Below, one piece after another: positions 28,971 through 38,196 of a stretch of DNA of 64,000 nucleotides (positions are counted from its first letter, which is position 1; each line of letters opens with the position of its first letter). The translations under genes and the position numbers were made by a program. Source of the DNA: an uncultured Deferribacteraceae bacterium (GTDB lineage: Bacteria; Chrysiogenota; Deferribacteres; CAMZNJ01). The notes beneath the pieces were generated by a model, which was not told the DNA's origin, did no database searches, and saw nothing but the letters and a program-made list of their open reading frames with translations. Where the stretch lies: positions 1,306 to 65,305 of the forward strand of contig CAMZNS010000032.1 of NCBI GenBank assembly GCA_947313855.1. The letters run 5' to 3'.

Positions 28971-31900
28971 CTAAATATAGTTCATTAGGGATAGACCTAG
29001 TATTCTGCTTGTTGCTTGCAGTGCTGTTTCGTATATCAGCATGGACTGTTGATAGTTATTCGTTATGTTGTAGATATCGTTTTCGGTAGATCCTAGGTAG
29101 TTGGATCGGAACTGTTCTAGGTTGAGGTTTATCCGTTCGTTAAACGATATCTGGGAGCTTACAATATTCCCTCTGTTACCTATATCGGCATAAATGCTAT
29201 TTACCTGAGAGGCAATTTTGTCGAATATGTCAATTTCCTGTTGTACTCCTGATCCGAGTGCGGTGGTGAAGTTGTTGCCACGCATTACACTCCCTGAGTC
29301 GAACCCCAAGGAGATTCCGTCTGCTACGAAATAGTTTTGGTTGGCAGTTTTGATGTTAATGTTGTCCACTATTCTGCCTGCGGAATCGGTAATGGCAACG
29401 CTCAAGGACTCCCCTGCACGTGCAAACCCTAGCACTATGTTGTTTTCAGCCCTTGGATCGTGGTTCCCCTCGACAAACCCCACTGTTGTGTTGGCTTTGT
29501 TGACCACAAATCCAAACCCTTTATCCCCTGTGCGTACGGCGGTGAAGAATGTGTCAAGACCGGCTGTGGCAAGCTCTGTTGCCAGATCGTCCATGAGGTT
29601 GTTGAAGCCTGTGGTGCTGTAGTCTTTGTTGGGGATGGTAATGGATTGTGTCTGTACTTGCGTCCCGACCATGTATCGGAAAGTTAGTGTTCGTTCGTCC
29701 ACAGATGCTTTTGACAGATCGAGGCTTACCATGTCTGCAACGGGGCTGATGAGGTCAGTACCTTTGTATCCTACGCCTAGGGGGTTGTTGGGGGAGGCGG
29801 ACAGATACCCTGTGCCACTAGTGTACGTTGGCGTAATGGTGTCGCCACTACCTGCAAACGTTATCAGTGTATTGAGCACTGCTGAGGCTGATATCTGGTT
29901 GTTTATCTCTGTGGCGAGTGCATCGACGTCGCCATAGTTGTTGGCTGGTATGGTGATGGTGTCGCTCACCCAAGTATTTGTTCCGAGGTCGAAGGTTTTG
30001 ATGGTCATATCTTGTGCAACGGCAATATTTAGGTTGACGGGGAAAGGATCCCCTGTTGGCTTCCCCGCATCGAGGGCAATAATTGCCGCATCACTTTGTG
30101 CCGCTAGGTTTATGTTGCTTGTGCCCGCCCCAGACTTTACCACGAGGGTGCCACCATTGTCGTGTGCTACTATCCCTACTGCTTTGAATGCGGGGTCGTT
30201 ATTGATTGCGTCGATGATAAGTTTGTTTTGCTGTTTGAGGGTCATACCTGTGGGGTAGCTTGTTGCGGGGATTTGAACGGGGATGGTGCGAAGTGTGTCT
30301 TTGTCGTTATCCCATACCTCCACGTCGAACAGGATATCGCCTAGGGCGGGGCTAACGAGGGTGGTGTTGGCGTACTCCAAGCGAAGCTCGTCTTGGAGGT
30401 ACGACTCGGGGGACGAAGCGAACTGATTAACATTGAATCCCCATGTATCGTTGTTGTAGCCGGTGTATTGCCCTGAGAAGAATGCCTTTGCGAGGAGATC
30501 GTTGTTCGGATCGAGGGCCCATTCGCTTGGTGACAGGTCGCCATTGTCGCGAACATTGTTGCTCAAGGCGTCTTCTAGGTTTTGGATGGCGTTAAATATG
30601 TTTACGTTACTGCCCTGCTCCGTAATATGCATATCCCCTAGGCGAAGGTTGTTGCCACCACTTAGTGCGATGGTGAAGTTCCTGTCCACGCCTATGTTTG
30701 CTGCATCAATGGGGGGAGTCCACGAGATCCCCTGCTTCAGATCCACAGGACCACCCTTGTAGTCGGCAACTGTACCGCTAGCTATGGGACCACCCTTTTT
30801 GCTTACGATATTGTAGGTTAAGTCGAACCGACCACCAACGTTGTCTATGCGATAGCTAACATCCCAGTCCATGTCCCCTTGACCATCGTAAGAGCCACTT
30901 ATAATTTGGTCGGTGTACCCCAACGAGCGATCGATACCTCTGTTGTCGGGGGTCATGCTCAAGGATAGGCGACTGTCGGAACCGCTGTACAAATCCTCCA
31001 CAACAATCTGACCGACGCTGTTGATGGAAACGATTGCTGAGCCGTTGTAGAAGTTGTTGGCGAAGTTGAGGAGATCCTCGAACGATTTGTTGACAGGGGC
31101 GGAGTAGTCGCGACCCAAGGTTGCACTGTGCAGGGTGCCGTTGGACATGATGGACAGGGATGTGTTCTCGCCGTAATTCTCATTCTCGAAGGTGTAGGTT
31201 ATGTCGTAAACGTCGGCAACACCAGTGGCAACAACGTGGGATTGGATGTTAAACCCTGTGTCCATACTCATCTGCTTGTTTATCATAAACTGAATATCTA
31301 ACTCTGTCGAACCCGCAGGGATAGCTAACGTGTAGTCGTTGCCGTTGATGGTGTAGTTGTATGTACCCGAAGAGAGGTTTGTGTTGGTAGCGGTTAGTTG
31401 CAAAAACTCGTTGGCACCCGGTACCGTAAACGGACGAGTCGACAGGTTGAACTCGTTATCTTTCCCGTAGGTGAGGTTCCCCGTGTAGTCCTGAAACTTG
31501 TCAAACCCCAAAGCGTTATCGATGTCGCCAAACGCTGAGAGGGAAACCTTATCCCCAACCTCATTGGTCATTATCATAAGTTGCTGTCCGTCGGCAACAC
31601 TACGCAATTCGCCAGATATATCCACAACATGGCTAGTATCTTGAGGCGTGGGGGATAGTAGGGATGACCCAGCAAACGTTGCTGTTTTCATGGCAACGTT
31701 GAAAGCGTCGGAAAGATTTTCCACACTACCATAATTCTTCGCCTCAAGCTCTACCTTGTAGTAACTACTGCCATAACGAACATAAGTAATACGTGCACTA
31801 TCAGGGAGATCGGCTAAGTTAACATTAACCTCACTGGTGCCCGACACCCGTGCATTCCCCACAGGATGACCATAATGATCGCTTGCCCGAAACTGAATCG

Positions 31901-32906
31901 CATCACCGGGACTACTCTTCACACCATCCAATCCCGAAAACACGGAGGCTAAGTTTATTGGGAGACCGCTGTAGGTGTTGAGAAACGAACTCTGCAACGT
32001 CTTGTACGTGGACATGAATAAGGAGTTGCCTGAAACATTCAATGCCACATTGGAGTTGCTCCCTATCTGCGACACGATCTCACTGGAATCACCTTTGTAC
32101 GTAATATCCGAACCCGCAACATAGGTGAAATGGTATTCGGTGAAAAGGTGCGTCGTATTTTCGGGTAGCTTTATGGCCATGCCACGACCTAGGTTGACCA
32201 CCTTGCCAGGCTCGTATGCCACTGATGTTGAGAGCATCAACTTGTTGCCGTCACTCGTTGCATCATCGCTAGAGTTGGAGTCGATGGGTACGGCATTCCC
32301 GTATTTGTCGTACAGGGTAAGCTCTGCCATACCGTTGGAAATTGTTACCCCCATGCGATAGTCGCCCTGAGGGAGCTCCCGCACGTCGCTGAATGTATCT
32401 GTGGCGAACAAAGCCCCGTCGCTGTTGTTGCTAGAGCGAATGTTCTTCACATCGTTGCTACCCTCAACAAACGGCGGTTCACCTGTGCCAAAACCACCAA
32501 AAATATAGTGATCAAGGTAATCGGTGTTGGACAAACCAACAACCTGTTGCATAATGGACTTAATCGCCGAAGCCATGGAGCTCCTATCGCTAGCACTAAG
32601 GGTATCGTTGGCACCCTGTATGGCGTAGTCGTTTTTGACAGTATTGATAATGTTCACTAGGGAACCAACGGCGGAATCCGACTCTGTCAGCCAGTGTGAG
32701 GCTTTGTCCGCATTGTCGCCATAGGATTGCAGAATATTTATTTGTTGCTGTGTTTTGAGGTAGAACGAGTAGGATCGAACGTCGTTTTCAGGGTTAATCA
32801 ATTGGCGACCATTTAAAACACGCATGTAGTCTTGTTGCATGCGTTGGTTTGTGGACTGCATATGTGCTGCCCCTGTGTTGTACAAGCTGTTGAATGTAAC
32901 TCTCAT
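28971..32906 (-). CDS. flgL: Flagellar hook-associated protein 3, unusually long (1311 aa)
   Basis: MRVTFN start, QGANDTLS..DR, SNTDY...YIFGG, YKGD..I..QIG, C-terminal IGNR and YETALQATSRILGLSLMNYI; downstream of flgK. Confidence 0.9.
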   Translation of the reverse strand: MRVTFNSLYNTGAAHMQSTNQRMQQDYMRVLNGRQLINPENDVRSYSFYLKTQQQINILQSYGDNADKASHWLTESDSAVGSLVNIINTVKNDYAIQGANDTLSASDRSSMASAIKSIMQQVVGLSNTDYLDHYIFGGFGTGEPPFVEGSNDVKNIRSSNNSDGALFATDTFSDVRELPQGDYRMGVTISNGMAELTLYDKYGNAVPIDSNSSDDATSDGNKLMLSTSVAYEPGKVVNLGRGMAIKLPENTTHLFTEYHFTYVAGSDITYKGDSSEIVSQIGSNSNVALNVSGNSLFMSTYKTLQSSFLNTYSGLPINLASVFSGLDGVKSSPGDAIQFRASDHYGHPVGNARVSGTSEVNVNLADLPDSARITYVRYGSSYYKVELEAKNYGSVENLSDAFNVAMKTATFAGSSLLSPTPQDTSHVVDISGELRSVADGQQLMIMTNEVGDKVSLSAFGDIDNALGFDKFQDYTGNLTYGKDNEFNLSTRPFTVPGANEFLQLTATNTNLSSGTYNYTINGNDYTLAIPAGSTELDIQFMINKQMSMDTGFNIQSHVVATGVADVYDITYTFENENYGENTSLSIMSNGTLHSATLGRDYSAPVNKSFEDLLNFANNFYNGSAIVSINSVGQIVVEDLYSGSDSRLSLSMTPDNRGIDRSLGYTDQIISGSYDGQGDMDWDVSYRIDNVGGRFDLTYNIVSKKGGPIASGTVADYKGGPVDLKQGISWTPPIDAANIGVDRNFTIALSGGNNLRLGDMHITEQGSNVNIFNAIQNLEDALSNNVRDNGDLSPSEWALDPNNDLLAKAFFSGQYTGYNNDTWGFNVNQFASSPESYLQDELRLEYANTTLVSPALGDILFDVEVWDNDKDTLRTIPVQIPATSYPTGMTLKQQNKLIIDAINNDPAFKAVGIVAHDNGGTLVVKSGAGTSNINLAAQSDAAIIALDAGKPTGDPFPVNLNIAVAQDMTIKTFDLGTNTWVSDTITIPANNYGDVDALATEINNQISASAVLNTLITFAGSGDTITPTYTSGTGYLSASPNNPLGVGYKGTDLISPVADMVSLDLSKASVDERTLTFRYMVGTQVQTQSITIPNKDYSTTGFNNLMDDLATELATAGLDTFFTAVRTGDKGFGFVVNKANTTVGFVEGNHDPRAENNIVLGFARAGESLSVAITDSAGRIVDNINIKTANQNYFVADGISLGFDSGSVMRGNNFTTALGSGVQQEIDIFDKIASQVNSIYADIGNRGNIVSSQISFNERINLNLEQFRSNYLGSTENDIYNITNNYQQSMLIYETALQATSRILGLSLMNYI

Positions 32907-32959
32907 GATTTTCCGCTCCTAAAAACATATTCGTGGGTAGTTGTGTGCGAACCCCTGCT

Positions 32960-33050
32960 AACCAGCACTACACACCACGCCACACCTACCAACCAGCACC
33001 ACACACCACGCACACCTACCAACTAGCACTACGGCTACCTACCAACCAGC
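32960..33050. repeat. About 30-bp imperfect tandem repeat reiterating the flgK 3' end (CCTACCAACCAGC)
   Basis: Read directly; the 13-mer equals the last flgK codons on the minus strand. Confidence 0.8.
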
Positions 33051-34789
33051 CCAAGCCGATTAACGATTAAGTCCAACATCTGATCAACAGCCGTAATAAA
33101 CCTTGCGTTCGCCTCATACGACTTCTGAAATTTTGTAAGATTTATTGCCTCTTCATCGAGGGAGACCCCTGTAACTGCGTCTAAGCGTACACTTACCGCC
33201 TGAAGTGAGACCAGCTTCGAGCCGGCAAAAATATCCGCCTCGTACTTCATGGCAGATATTTCCGCCACAAAAGAGGAGTAGTACGCCTCAAACGATATAT
33301 TCCCAAGCGACCCGCCAGTATTAATTCCTGACATGGCTATGGCGTTTGTATTATCGCCAACCTTACCTGACGTACCCGCCACCAAAAACCCTGAATCCAC
33401 CTGTATCTTTTGGCTTACAGAGATATCTCGCACACCTGTGCCGCTGAAAAAACTATTGAACCCCATAGCGGCCGAAAACCCCGTATTGTCGGCGGTGAAA
33501 GCGATTGTGCTGTTATCTTTACTCGACAGCACCAGTCGGTTGTCCGAATTAACAACAGCACTTATCAGCCCCCCTGAAGCATCACTAATCTTCTCCGCAA
33601 TGCTCCCGATGGAGTCGACTTTAGGGTCGATACTAATGTTAACAGTTTGCACAACCGTATTGTTGTCGTCATAAATACTCAGGGAGAACGATCCCGCCTG
33701 CATCTGAAAACTCGTATTCTCAAACGTATCACCAAGGTGCTGTTGCAACGGGAATCGAGAATCGGTAACGCTGTAGGCGGAAACAAGACTAGACTCTGCA
33801 CGCAAGTGTCGTCCTAGACCATGCACCTTGTTTGTTTCAAAGATTAGGGCACTAGCAAACGAATCTATCTGCTCGATGGTGTTCAGAAGGTTCTTGTCGC
33901 GAGAATCAAGGTCGCCGCGAATCGAGCCAGCACGTATTTGGCTAGTAATATCCACAGACTCGCCACGGGTGCCAATATTTACCCCCCGATACTTGATTGT
34001 CAGGAGCCTGTCCTGCCCCTCCCCAACCTCGGTAATAAACTTACCCGCATCACCACGATCCACAGCCACAACACCAGCGATTACGACGGCATAACTACCA
34101 TCAACACGCTCCGTTACGTTTGTTGGTGCGTAGTTAGAGATTGTCGCCACAGCCATGTCACGTTTGTCACGCAATTCATTTGCGATTGTAACCCCATCAC
34201 TCTCAATCTCCACTATTTTCAGGTTATACTGAGCAATATTTTTCAACTGCATATTCATGTCATCCACAGCGATATTAACTTTGACCTCAATATCATCGCG
34301 AACAGACTCAATATGCTTGTAGCCGTCTTGGAGCTTATCCGAAAGGGTGACAGCTTTGTTGACTACGTTGTTTCGGTTTGTCAGAGCTGTCTGGGTATCG
34401 TCTGGCGGTGTTCCCCCAAGGGTAACCCACGATTGTGTGTAGTCACTAAGGGCATCGGAGAGTCCGCCACTCCCGTCGAGTTCGTTGAAGTATTGTTGTA
34501 GGTTGCCGATGTTTTCCTGCATCGAAGACCACATGGTAAACCCCGACATTTCATGGCGAACATTTGATGCAAGGAGATCGTCGTAAACACGCTCAACACG
34601 GGTAAGGCTAGCACCTGTGCCGAACCAACCACGAGTGTCGATAGCTTCACGGGATTCGATAACAGCACGTTGACGCGAATAACCGACCGTATTGGCATTA
34701 GAAATATTATTACCTGTAACACTGATTCCTGCTTGGGCGGTGTAGAGCCCCGACGAGCCGGTGTAGAGCATTCCGAACAAAGAACTCAT
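33035..34789 (-). CDS. flgK: Flagellar hook-associated protein 1
   Basis: TGNNISNANTVGYSRQR, ANELRDKRD, GVSLDEEAINL.KFQKSYEANARFI..VDQMLD. Confidence 0.96.
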   Translation of the reverse strand: MSSLFGMLYTGSSGLYTAQAGISVTGNNISNANTVGYSRQRAVIESREAIDTRGWFGTGASLTRVERVYDDLLASNVRHEMSGFTMWSSMQENIGNLQQYFNELDGSGGLSDALSDYTQSWVTLGGTPPDDTQTALTNRNNVVNKAVTLSDKLQDGYKHIESVRDDIEVKVNIAVDDMNMQLKNIAQYNLKIVEIESDGVTIANELRDKRDMAVATISNYAPTNVTERVDGSYAVVIAGVVAVDRGDAGKFITEVGEGQDRLLTIKYRGVNIGTRGESVDITSQIRAGSIRGDLDSRDKNLLNTIEQIDSFASALIFETNKVHGLGRHLRAESSLVSAYSVTDSRFPLQQHLGDTFENTSFQMQAGSFSLSIYDDNNTVVQTVNISIDPKVDSIGSIAEKISDASGGLISAVVNSDNRLVLSSKDNSTIAFTADNTGFSAAMGFNSFFSGTGVRDISVSQKIQVDSGFLVAGTSGKVGDNTNAIAMSGINTGGSLGNISFEAYYSSFVAEISAMKYEADIFAGSKLVSLQAVSVRLDAVTGVSLDEEAINLTKFQKSYEANARFITAVDQMLDLIVNRLGLVGR

Positions 34790-34792
34790 GGC

Positions 34793-35293
34793 TTACCCCT
34801 TAAATGAAATGGTGCTAATGTCTGAACCGCCACTTGTTGGTTTCCAAGGTGAGTTTGCGTAAACGCCACTATTTGCAATCCCCACCGACTGAAAGAACCC
34901 CTCGCAAAGACGCTTATTTGTGTTATAAACCGACTGGAGTTGAGCCGTCAACCCCTTCAGAGCTAGCACCTGTTCTTCGATTGTTTTTTGCAGTAGCTCC
35001 AACTCTGTTGCGATAGAGGTGTCAGGCATATCTTTCAACGCCTCGATAACTTGAGGGAGAGTCATCTCCGACGATCCAAGCTCTCGGCACACTCTGGTCA
35101 TAATGGCGGTCTTGCTTTTGCCAAGAACAGCTTCGTTTGCGATGAGTGTCTCCTTACGCTTGGTAAACTCCTCCACCGCCTCACTATCCCATTGTATTGC
35201 ACTTTCAAGCTCTTGAGTCGAGATGGTAATAAATTCCGTCAAAAGGTTGGACGACGACACTAAAACATCTCTCAAGCGTTGAATAATCTCCAT
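34793..35293 (-). CDS. flgN: Flagellar export chaperone FlgN
   Basis: Helical protein of about 166 aa between flgM and flgK; GAGGTG RBS; N..N..L and Y motifs near the C-terminus. Confidence 0.7.
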   Translation of the reverse strand: MEIIQRLRDVLVSSSNLLTEFITISTQELESAIQWDSEAVEEFTKRKETLIANEAVLGKSKTAIMTRVCRELGSSEMTLPQVIEALKDMPDTSIATELELLQKTIEEQVLALKGLTAQLQSVYNTNKRLCEGFFQSVGIANSGVYANSPWKPTSGGSDISTISFKG

Positions 35294-35426
35294 AACGTCA
35301 CCTCGATCATAAGTATCATTTGCGTTCATCAGTAGTGTTAACGGCATTCTCAGCACTGGCTAACACTACTCCACATATCACTCTATTCCCTAGCAATTTT
35401 CTAGCCAACTCTCCGCCGTCTGGCGT

Positions 35427-35530
35427 TGTGGACGTGTGGGACGTGTGGGACGCGGGGGGACGCATGGAACGTGTGGGACGTGTGGGACGTGTGGGACGCG
35501 GGGGACGCGGGGGGACGCGGGGGGACGCAT
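35427..35530. repeat. G-rich 9-10-bp tandem repeats (GGGACGTGT / GGGACGCGG(G))
   Basis: Read directly in the flgM-flgN intergenic region. Confidence 0.9.
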
Positions 35531-35625
35531 GAGGATGGACGGTGCTGGCACTCTAGTGGAGCAGGTGATATTTTACGGGAGCAAAGCGAACAGCGAAGAT
35601 TAATGGAGAAAACGGACGACCAAAT

Positions 35626-35700
35626 GAACGCAGGAGCAAAACTAACGAACGCAGGAGCAAAACTAACGGACAAGTGGACAAAACTAACGGACAGGCGGAC
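35626..35700. repeat. 21-bp tandem repeat (GAACGCAGGAGCAAAACTAAC), about 3.5 diverging copies abutting the flgM stop
   Basis: Read directly. Confidence 0.8.
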
Positions 35701-36020
35701 TACTCCGAGTCAAGAGATATCTCATCAAACACACTATTAACCATCGCCGCCGCAATTAAATCGGGAGAGGGCTTGTACGTTCCATTAGCAATCTTTTCCT
35801 TAAGATCATTCACCAAATCCAAACGAATATTCGGCTGACTCTCAATGGACTTGGACAAAGAGGAAGCACTACTACTCACAGATACAGAGGCTGCCGATGG
35901 CACCTTGGCACCAGGGGAGGACTCTGCACCCACAAGAGCATTACGTTTACTACTGTTTACACTTACCCTATCTGAATCTAGATAAGGTGGCAATAACGAC
36001 GCATCTCCGTTTATTTTCAT
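35700..36020 (-). CDS. flgM: Anti-sigma28 factor FlgM
   Basis: IRLDLVNDLKEKIANGTYKPSPDLIAAAM motif; gene order flgJ-flgM-flgN-flgK. Confidence 0.9.
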   Translation of the reverse strand: MKINGDASLLPPYLDSDRVSVNSSKRNALVGAESSPGAKVPSAASVSVSSSASSLSKSIESQPNIRLDLVNDLKEKIANGTYKPSPDLIAAAMVNSVFDEISLDSE

Positions 36021-36164
36021 AGTAAACCTCTATGGGTCTGCAAACACACCCTTGCAGCAATTAGATACCCTGAGACGATAACCCTAACTAGTTAGCAATT
36101 CAATTAGCAACTCTCAATTTAGATTCTCAACCTAGACTGCCGATTGCTATGGCAACTAATTACA

Positions 36165-36191
36165 ATATCGACATTAAGTAATAATTCTAAA
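36165..36191 (-). promoter_or_regulatory. Possible sigma28 promoter for flgM
   Basis: Minus strand TTTA-N15-GTCGATAT, a partial match to TAAA-N15-GCCGATAA. Confidence 0.3.
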
Positions 36192-36225
36192 CATAAATAT
36201 AATATATGTCTACTGAAGTCAGTAT

Positions 36226-36270
36226 TTAGTTCAGTTTCCGAGACAATTAGTTCAGTTTCCGAGACAATTA
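36226..36270. repeat. 21-bp perfect tandem duplication TTAGTTCAGTTTCCGAGACAA
   Basis: Read directly. Confidence 0.9.
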
Positions 36271-36403
36271 AACAACAAGCACAACAGCTCTGCAACAGGC
36301 TAGAAAGCGAACAAGAAATTATAACTCGGATACGACGATAACTACGACTCTGCAACACAAACTGCACTACCGTAGATAATACACGCCTGCTACTACATTA
36401 ATC

Positions 36404-36940
36404 CTAATATACTTTGTTGTCAAGTGCTTTGTCGTTAAAATTCTGAGACTTTATCTCTCTAAGGGTGCTGGATAGCCCCAAATACTGATCTGTTAGCATG
36501 TTGCTATTTATTTTATCACCACCATTATTGTTACCAGCTGTAACTTCAACATCCGAAGACGGAACTATTACCCCTGCCGATCTGAGCTGATTAGTGCGAT
36601 TCTCATGCCAACCTTCAAGGGTCGGTAGCAGAGATTGATACACCATTTCAGAGAGACCGTAAGGATTTTTGTGCGACGCCATGTCGGCAATTTCTGCATC
36701 CAACATGGAGGTAAATATTTTCTCCTCTTGAGTTGTCTGAAATAAACCTTTCTCGTCATCGTCAGAAAAACTTATCTTACGCATGGACTTAAATATTTCG
36801 TTGGTCAATAGCGACTCGAAACTTTCTGCCAATGTGCGTAACTTATCCTTCTGCATGCTCAAAAATTTCTCAGGATCGCGAGTATCCCCACCTACCTGCA
36901 TGGCGGTGGCTTTGTATTGAGTGCTGTTAATGCTTTCCAT
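36404..36940 (-). CDS. flgJ: Rod-binding protein (FlgJ N-terminal domain only, no muramidase)
   Basis: LR.LAESFESLL...IFKSMRK, EEKIFTSMLDAEIA..A...GLSEM.Y; follows flgI. Confidence 0.85.
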   Translation of the reverse strand: MESINSTQYKATAMQVGGDTRDPEKFLSMQKDKLRTLAESFESLLTNEIFKSMRKISFSDDDEKGLFQTTQEEKIFTSMLDAEIADMASHKNPYGLSEMVYQSLLPTLEGWHENRTNQLRSAGVIVPSSDVEVTAGNNNGGDKINSNMLTDQYLGLSSTLREIKSQNFNDKALDNKVY

Positions 36941-36954
36941 GATAATGCCCCTTG

Positions 36955-38034
36955 TTAGATTATTTCCAGTTCTGCGTGCAATGCACCTGCAACTTTCACA
37001 CTTTGGAGTATGGCTATGAGGTCGTTGGAGGTGGCACCCACGGCGTTGAGGGCACGGATGAGATCCCCGATGGTTGCCCCCCCCCCTAGGGAGAATACAC
37101 TTGCTTGTGTTGCACCTTCGATGAGGGGATCGAGGTCGTTTGGTGCTCCATCGAGTGGTGCATCGCTCCCTATTGTGATGGTCATCCCTGCGTGTGATAC
37201 TGCCACTTGGTTGATGCTAACGTCCGAGCCCATGACAACCGTACCTGTGCGTTGGTCGATTACTACTCTGGCAAAATTTGCGGGGGTAATTTCTAGGTTG
37301 AGGATGGTGTTGAGGAAGTCGTAGTAGCTTGCACGATAGTTTTCAGGGACAGCAACCGAAACCGTATTCGGGCTTGAGATGATGCTGATGGGTGAGTTGA
37401 AGAATTTGTTGATGGCATTTTTGATGCTTACGGTGTCGTCAACGTTGTACCTTGATAGCGACAGGTCGATCTTTGTGGTGTCCATGTTGTAGTCGATTTT
37501 GTGTTCGACAAACCCACCGTTGGGGATATTCCCTGCAGTCAGTGCGACACCGTTGGGGTCGACAACAACTTGTCCTTGAGCGATGGCGTATATTTGTCCA
37601 TCGGCACCAACAAGTTGTGTCATTAGTAGTGTGCCGCTTGCCAGCGAGCTAGCGTCCCCTAGGGATGATATTTTCAGGTCGATACGTGATCCCGGTTGTG
37701 CGAATGGTGGTAGCATTGCTGTGACCATAACAGCGGCGACGTTATTGACGTTGATGTCTGCTGCGTTTACCGATACTCCCATGCGTTCCAGAGCTGAGGA
37801 GAGTGATTGCACGGTGAATTGTGCATTTTGCGAGTTATCGCCGGTGCCTTCAAGACCTACAACGAGTCCGTATCCGATGAGCTGATTGAATCGAATCCCT
37901 TCGACGGTGGATATGTCCCGTATTTTCACTGATGCTAGAAGGTTGGTGCTAAGGAGTAGCATGACTGTTGTGATGGCAATGATGGCCAAGGGTTGTTTCC
38001 CATCTATTTTGGTGTACTTTGCGAATCTAGTCAT
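36955..38034 (-). CDS. flgI: Flagellar P-ring protein
   Basis: NQLIGYGLVVGLEGTGD, NVAAVMVTA.LPPFA.PG, SLASGTLLMT, ILQSVKVAGALHAELEII. Confidence 0.97.
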   Translation of the reverse strand: MTRFAKYTKIDGKQPLAIIAITTVMLLLSTNLLASVKIRDISTVEGIRFNQLIGYGLVVGLEGTGDNSQNAQFTVQSLSSALERMGVSVNAADINVNNVAAVMVTAMLPPFAQPGSRIDLKISSLGDASSLASGTLLMTQLVGADGQIYAIAQGQVVVDPNGVALTAGNIPNGGFVEHKIDYNMDTTKIDLSLSRYNVDDTVSIKNAINKFFNSPISIISSPNTVSVAVPENYRASYYDFLNTILNLEITPANFARVVIDQRTGTVVMGSDVSINQVAVSHAGMTITIGSDAPLDGAPNDLDPLIEGATQASVFSLGGGATIGDLIRALNAVGATSNDLIAILQSVKVAGALHAELEII

Positions 38035-38115
38035 ATTAGTTTATTCCCTGCGTGTATTTATTCGGCTACGTTGTTGCACCTTGTTAAGGGCGTTGTTTGT
38101 TGCCATGTAGTTCAC

Positions 38116-38131
38116 AGCAATTAGTGTGCCA
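38116..38131 (-). promoter_or_regulatory. sigma54 (-24/-12) promoter for the flgI operon
   Basis: Minus strand TGGCACACTAATTGCT matches the consensus TGGCAC-N5-TTGCW. Confidence 0.8.
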
Positions 38132-38142
38132 TGGGGTGGCGG

Positions 38143-38196
38143 TTTGGTTAAACCAGATTGTTTGGTTAAACGCCCTTGTTTAGTTAAACGCCCCCG
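38143..38196. repeat. 18-bp period repeat TTT(G/A)GTTAAAC... x3 reiterating the ankyrin gene 3' end
   Basis: Units start at 38143, 38161 and 38179; the third contains the gene's stop. Confidence 0.8.

Noticed and set aside
35320-36367. Small ORFs in the flgN-flgM and flgM-flgJ gaps (35426-35740, 35401-35673, 36119-36367, 36144-36341)
   Set aside because: They are largely built from tandem repeats, with no recognisable motifs or convincing RBS.
36404-36940. Truncated flgJ pseudogene
   Set aside because: Single-domain rod-binding FlgJ lacking the muramidase is a normal form in many phyla, and the ORF is intact.
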